45,934 nt of DNA, taken from NCBI GenBank assembly GCA_947465215.1, contig CANHZX010000002.1, forward strand, positions 1 to 45,934, written 5' to 3'. Numbering within the stretch: the stretch's first letter is position 1; every line of letters starts with the position of its first letter. The notes beneath the pieces are model-generated. The model had not been told where the DNA came from and searched no databases. It saw nothing but the letters and a program-made list of their open reading frames with translations. Shown here piece by piece: positions 43,543 through 45,934 of the stretch. This DNA is from Betaproteobacteria bacterium (GTDB lineage: Bacteria; Pseudomonadota; Gammaproteobacteria; Burkholderiales; SG8-41). A program made the translations under genes and the position numbers.

Positions 43543-43589
43543 ACCGCCAAGGTGTTCACCATGTGACACGCAAACCTCCGGAGGAGCCC

Positions 43590-44555
43590 ATGAAACCCGC
43601 AACACTGTTCGGCGTTCTGGCATCGGCTGTTTTCGCAGCCTCGGCTGCAGCGCAAAACTATCCTTCAAGACCGGTACGCATTGTCGTGCCCTTTGTCCCC
43701 GCCGGCCCCACCGACAACCAGGCGCGCTGGGCGGCGCAGCAACTCACTACCGCCACCGGCCAGCAGTTCATTGTCGACAACCGGCCGGGCGCCGGCGGCG
43801 TGCCCGGCACAGAAGCCGTAATCAAAAGCCCGCCCGACGGCTATACGCTACTCGCCGGCAATCCCGGGCCGCTGACCATCGCCCCCAGCGTGCGCAACGC
43901 CATGCCCTATGACACCCTGCGCGATCTCATCCCCATCGTGCTGATCGCGCGCAGCGCCAGCTGTGTCTGCCTGCACCCGAGCCTGCCCGCACGCAACGTC
44001 AAGGAATTCGTCGCCCTGGCTAAGGCGCAGCCCGGCAAGATCAACTACGGTTCGCCGGGCGTCGGCACTGTCGGCCATTTCGCTACCGAACTGTTCGCCT
44101 TTCAGGCCGGTGTCAAACTCAACCATATCCCGTATAAGGGCGCTGCGCAGTACACCATCGACCTGATCGCCGGCAACATTGAGTTGGCAATCAACCAGTT
44201 CGCCATCGCCACACCGCATGTCAACGCAGGCAAACTGCGCTGCCTCGGAGCGACGTCTCGGGACCGTTCTCCGTTGCTGCCCAATGTGCCGACCATTGCC
44301 GAGCAGGGCATCAAGGATTTTGAAAGCTATAACTGGAACGGCGTGCTGGCGCCTGCCGGTACACCCGCAGCAGTGGTCAACCGCATTGCCGAGGTCGTCT
44401 CGAAACAGCTCGCCACACCGGAAGCAAAGGCCCTGTATTCCGGGCAGGGGCATGAAGCCAGCGGCATCATCACCACCGCATACGCCGACTTCATCAAAGC
44501 CGAAACCGAAAAATGGGCAAAAATCGCCCGCGTTGCCAATATCCCAAAACAATAA
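43590..44555 (+). CDS. Bug/TctC-family substrate-binding protein
   Basis: Signal peptide MKPATLFGVLASAVFAASAAA followed by QNYPSRPVRIVVPFVPAGPTD. A GGAGGA Shine-Dalgarno sequence precedes the ATG at 43590. The track ORF starts earlier, at 43530. Confidence 0.9.
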   Translation: MKPATLFGVLASAVFAASAAAQNYPSRPVRIVVPFVPAGPTDNQARWAAQQLTTATGQQFIVDNRPGAGGVPGTEAVIKSPPDGYTLLAGNPGPLTIAPSVRNAMPYDTLRDLIPIVLIARSASCVCLHPSLPARNVKEFVALAKAQPGKINYGSPGVGTVGHFATELFAFQAGVKLNHIPYKGAAQYTIDLIAGNIELAINQFAIATPHVNAGKLRCLGATSRDRSPLLPNVPTIAEQGIKDFESYNWNGVLAPAGTPAAVVNRIAEVVSKQLATPEAKALYSGQGHEASGIITTAYADFIKAETEKWAKIARVANIPKQ

Positions 44556-44564
44556 GGAACCGTC

Positions 44565-45737
44565 ATGACCGTGAAGAAGGAATCCACCTATTTCATGTAC
44601 TTCCCCGGCAACTACCGGTGGTCGTCGGCATTCATCAACATGATGAGCTCCGCGCCGTACGGCGGCTCAGAAATCAGCGAACTGCACAAGATCGGCATAC
44701 AGCTCAAAGACAAGGACCCGGAAGATGACGAGGCCTGGTTCCATGCCTGCGTCAATGTTGCCGACAAAGTGCGCGCGCATGCCGAGCGTTTTGAAGCCTC
44801 GAAACATGCAACATCCGCTGCCCACGCCTATCTGCGCGCCTGCAACTACTACCAGATGGCCGAGCGCTTCCGCACGCCGAAGGACGACATCGCGCTGGCC
44901 GCCTACAAGAAAGGCGTCGACTGTTTCCATCGCCATGTCGCACTGACCGACGTCAAGATCGAGATCGTCGAGATTCCGACCGCAGCTGGCCCCATCCCCG
45001 GTTATTTCGTGCACGCGCAGAATGCCAAATCCAAGAAATCGCCCTGCGTGGTGTATTTCGACGGCCTCGACGTCACCAAGGAAATCCAATACGTGCGCGG
45101 CGTGCCCGACCTGATCAAACGCGGTATTTCAGTGCTGGTGATGGACGGCCCCGGCACTGGCGAAGCGATCCGCTTCCGAGGCCAGTACCTGCGCCACGAC
45201 TATGAAGTCGCCGGATCTGCATGCGTCGACTGGCTGGAGAAACGCGATGACGTCAACGCCAAGAAAATCGGCGTGGTCGCCATCAGCCTCGGCGGCTATT
45301 ACGCGCCGCGCATGGCATCAATGGAACCGCGCTTTGCCGCCTGCATCGCCTGGGGCGCAATCTGGGATTACCACGCGACCTGGAAAAAACGCATCGATGC
45401 CAAATTCAAGACTTCGCTGTCGGTGCCCGGCCACCACATCACCTGGATCCTCGGCGTCGATACACTTGAAGAAGCACTGAAAAAACTCGAGCCGTTCAAG
45501 CTCGACGGCGTCGTGCAAAAAATGAAATGTCCCTTCCTGATCGTGCATGGTGCCGAAGACGAGCAGGTTCCGCTGGCAGACGCCCAGGCGCTGTTCAACG
45601 CATCAGGCTCGCCGGACAAGAAGCTGCGCGTATTCACCGCAGAAGAAGGCGGGGCGCAGCACTGCCAGCGCGACTACCTGACACTGGGTGTCGCGGAGAT
45701 GTGGAACTGGTTCGAGGACAAGCTGCTGCGGTCCTGA
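44565..45737 (+). CDS. Alpha/beta hydrolase with an N-terminal helical domain (FrsA / 2,6-dihydropseudooxynicotine-hydrolase-like)
   Basis: Nucleophile elbow VAISLGGYY, acid candidate HGAEDEQVP, and His candidate GGAQHCQRD. An N-terminal region of about 120 aa precedes the hydrolase core. Confidence 0.8.
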   Translation: MTVKKESTYFMYFPGNYRWSSAFINMMSSAPYGGSEISELHKIGIQLKDKDPEDDEAWFHACVNVADKVRAHAERFEASKHATSAAHAYLRACNYYQMAERFRTPKDDIALAAYKKGVDCFHRHVALTDVKIEIVEIPTAAGPIPGYFVHAQNAKSKKSPCVVYFDGLDVTKEIQYVRGVPDLIKRGISVLVMDGPGTGEAIRFRGQYLRHDYEVAGSACVDWLEKRDDVNAKKIGVVAISLGGYYAPRMASMEPRFAACIAWGAIWDYHATWKKRIDAKFKTSLSVPGHHITWILGVDTLEEALKKLEPFKLDGVVQKMKCPFLIVHGAEDEQVPLADAQALFNASGSPDKKLRVFTAEEGGAQHCQRDYLTLGVAEMWNWFEDKLLRS

Positions 45738-45862
45738 TGCGATATTGCGAGCTGCGCCGCTGCCACGAGTGCAACCAGCCCGTCGGCAGCAGGGACAAAT
45801 TCTGCGTGCGTTGCGGGGCGAAGCTGCCCCGTGACCCCCGCGGGATTACAATCAGACCTTAA
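45737..45862 (+). CDS. 41-aa zinc-ribbon micro-protein, translationally coupled to the hydrolase gene
   Basis: MRYCELRRCHECNQPVGSRDKFCVRCGAKLPRDPRGITIRP contains CxxC-x10-CxxC. Its ATG shares the A of the hydrolase TGA (TGATG at 45735-45739). Confidence 0.45.
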   Translation: MRYCELRRCHECNQPVGSRDKFCVRCGAKLPRDPRGITIRP

Positions 45863-45934
45863 GCTTTCGAAAACCCTGCCGTTGTAGCCACACAGCAGAG
45901 TCAACATAGGCACCCTATGCTCTACGCCAAACGC

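Noticed and set aside
43530-43589. N-terminal 20-aa extension of the second Bug-family ORF (track start 43530).
   Set aside because: The internal ATG at 43590 is preceded by GGAGGA and starts a canonical signal peptide. The extension (MHSAHRQGVHHVTRKPPEEP) would bury that signal peptide and would cover the intergenic promoter elements.
1-45934. CRISPR arrays, IS elements, prophage genes, toxin-antitoxin pairs or known anti-phage defence genes.
   Set aside because: I scanned the intergenic regions and all ORFs over about 60 aa. I found no spaced direct repeats, no transposase, integrase or recombinase motifs, and no small adjacent gene pairs with TA-like features. The only tandem repeats found are two 18-bp in-frame hexamer triplets.

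Overview
This is a high-GC proteobacterial chromosomal window. It is most consistent with a betaproteobacterium, an inference from two Bug/TctC-type binding proteins and from hprK sitting beside ptsN in the rpoN locus. Most of the window is conserved housekeeping. This includes kdsD-kdsC-lptC-lptA-lptB-rpoN-hpf-ptsN-hprK-rapZ plus a LON-domain gene, then mutY, tRNA-Gly(CCC) and a Pat-type acetyltransferase. It continues with thiS-thiG-trmB, hemW-rdgB-rph and yicC-gmk-rpoZ-spoT. I found no transposase, integrase, CRISPR array or recognisable defence genes.

Five regions are less ordinary:
1. A tightly coupled pair at 15986-19838. It encodes a 5-TM protein with two H-x13-H helices and a 996-aa single-polypeptide fusion of a four-cluster ferredoxin subunit to a Mo-bisPGD catalytic subunit. 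The fusion has no N-terminal export signal, but a relic twin-arginine signal is buried at the fusion joint. I rate this the best candidate for an undescribed system.
2. A minus-strand envelope block at 34504-39647. It runs MlaC-like, then a QseE/GlrK-like kinase, a QseG-like lipoprotein and a QseF/GlrR-like sigma54 activator, all translationally coupled. This is followed by two GTC-N10-GACG sites and a near-perfect -24/-12 promoter, which drives a glycine-zipper protein and a small lipoprotein.
3. An orphan type IV pilin gene behind an AT-rich leader that carries an IHF-consensus site and a sigma54 promoter. It lies next to an orphan polytopic histidine kinase and two uncharacterised membrane proteins.
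4. A REC-PAS-GGDEF-EAL gene abutting spoT in the gmk-rpoZ-spoT operon.
5. A divergent CoA-dependent catabolic cluster at 39817-45862. It contains a BadI/MenB-like crotonase, a family III CoA-transferase, an epimerase-like VOC protein, an Ldh_2 dehydrogenase, a Bug binding protein, an alpha/beta hydrolase and a coupled zinc-ribbon micro-ORF.

All functional calls come from motif reading of the supplied translations and the DNA. No database search was run.
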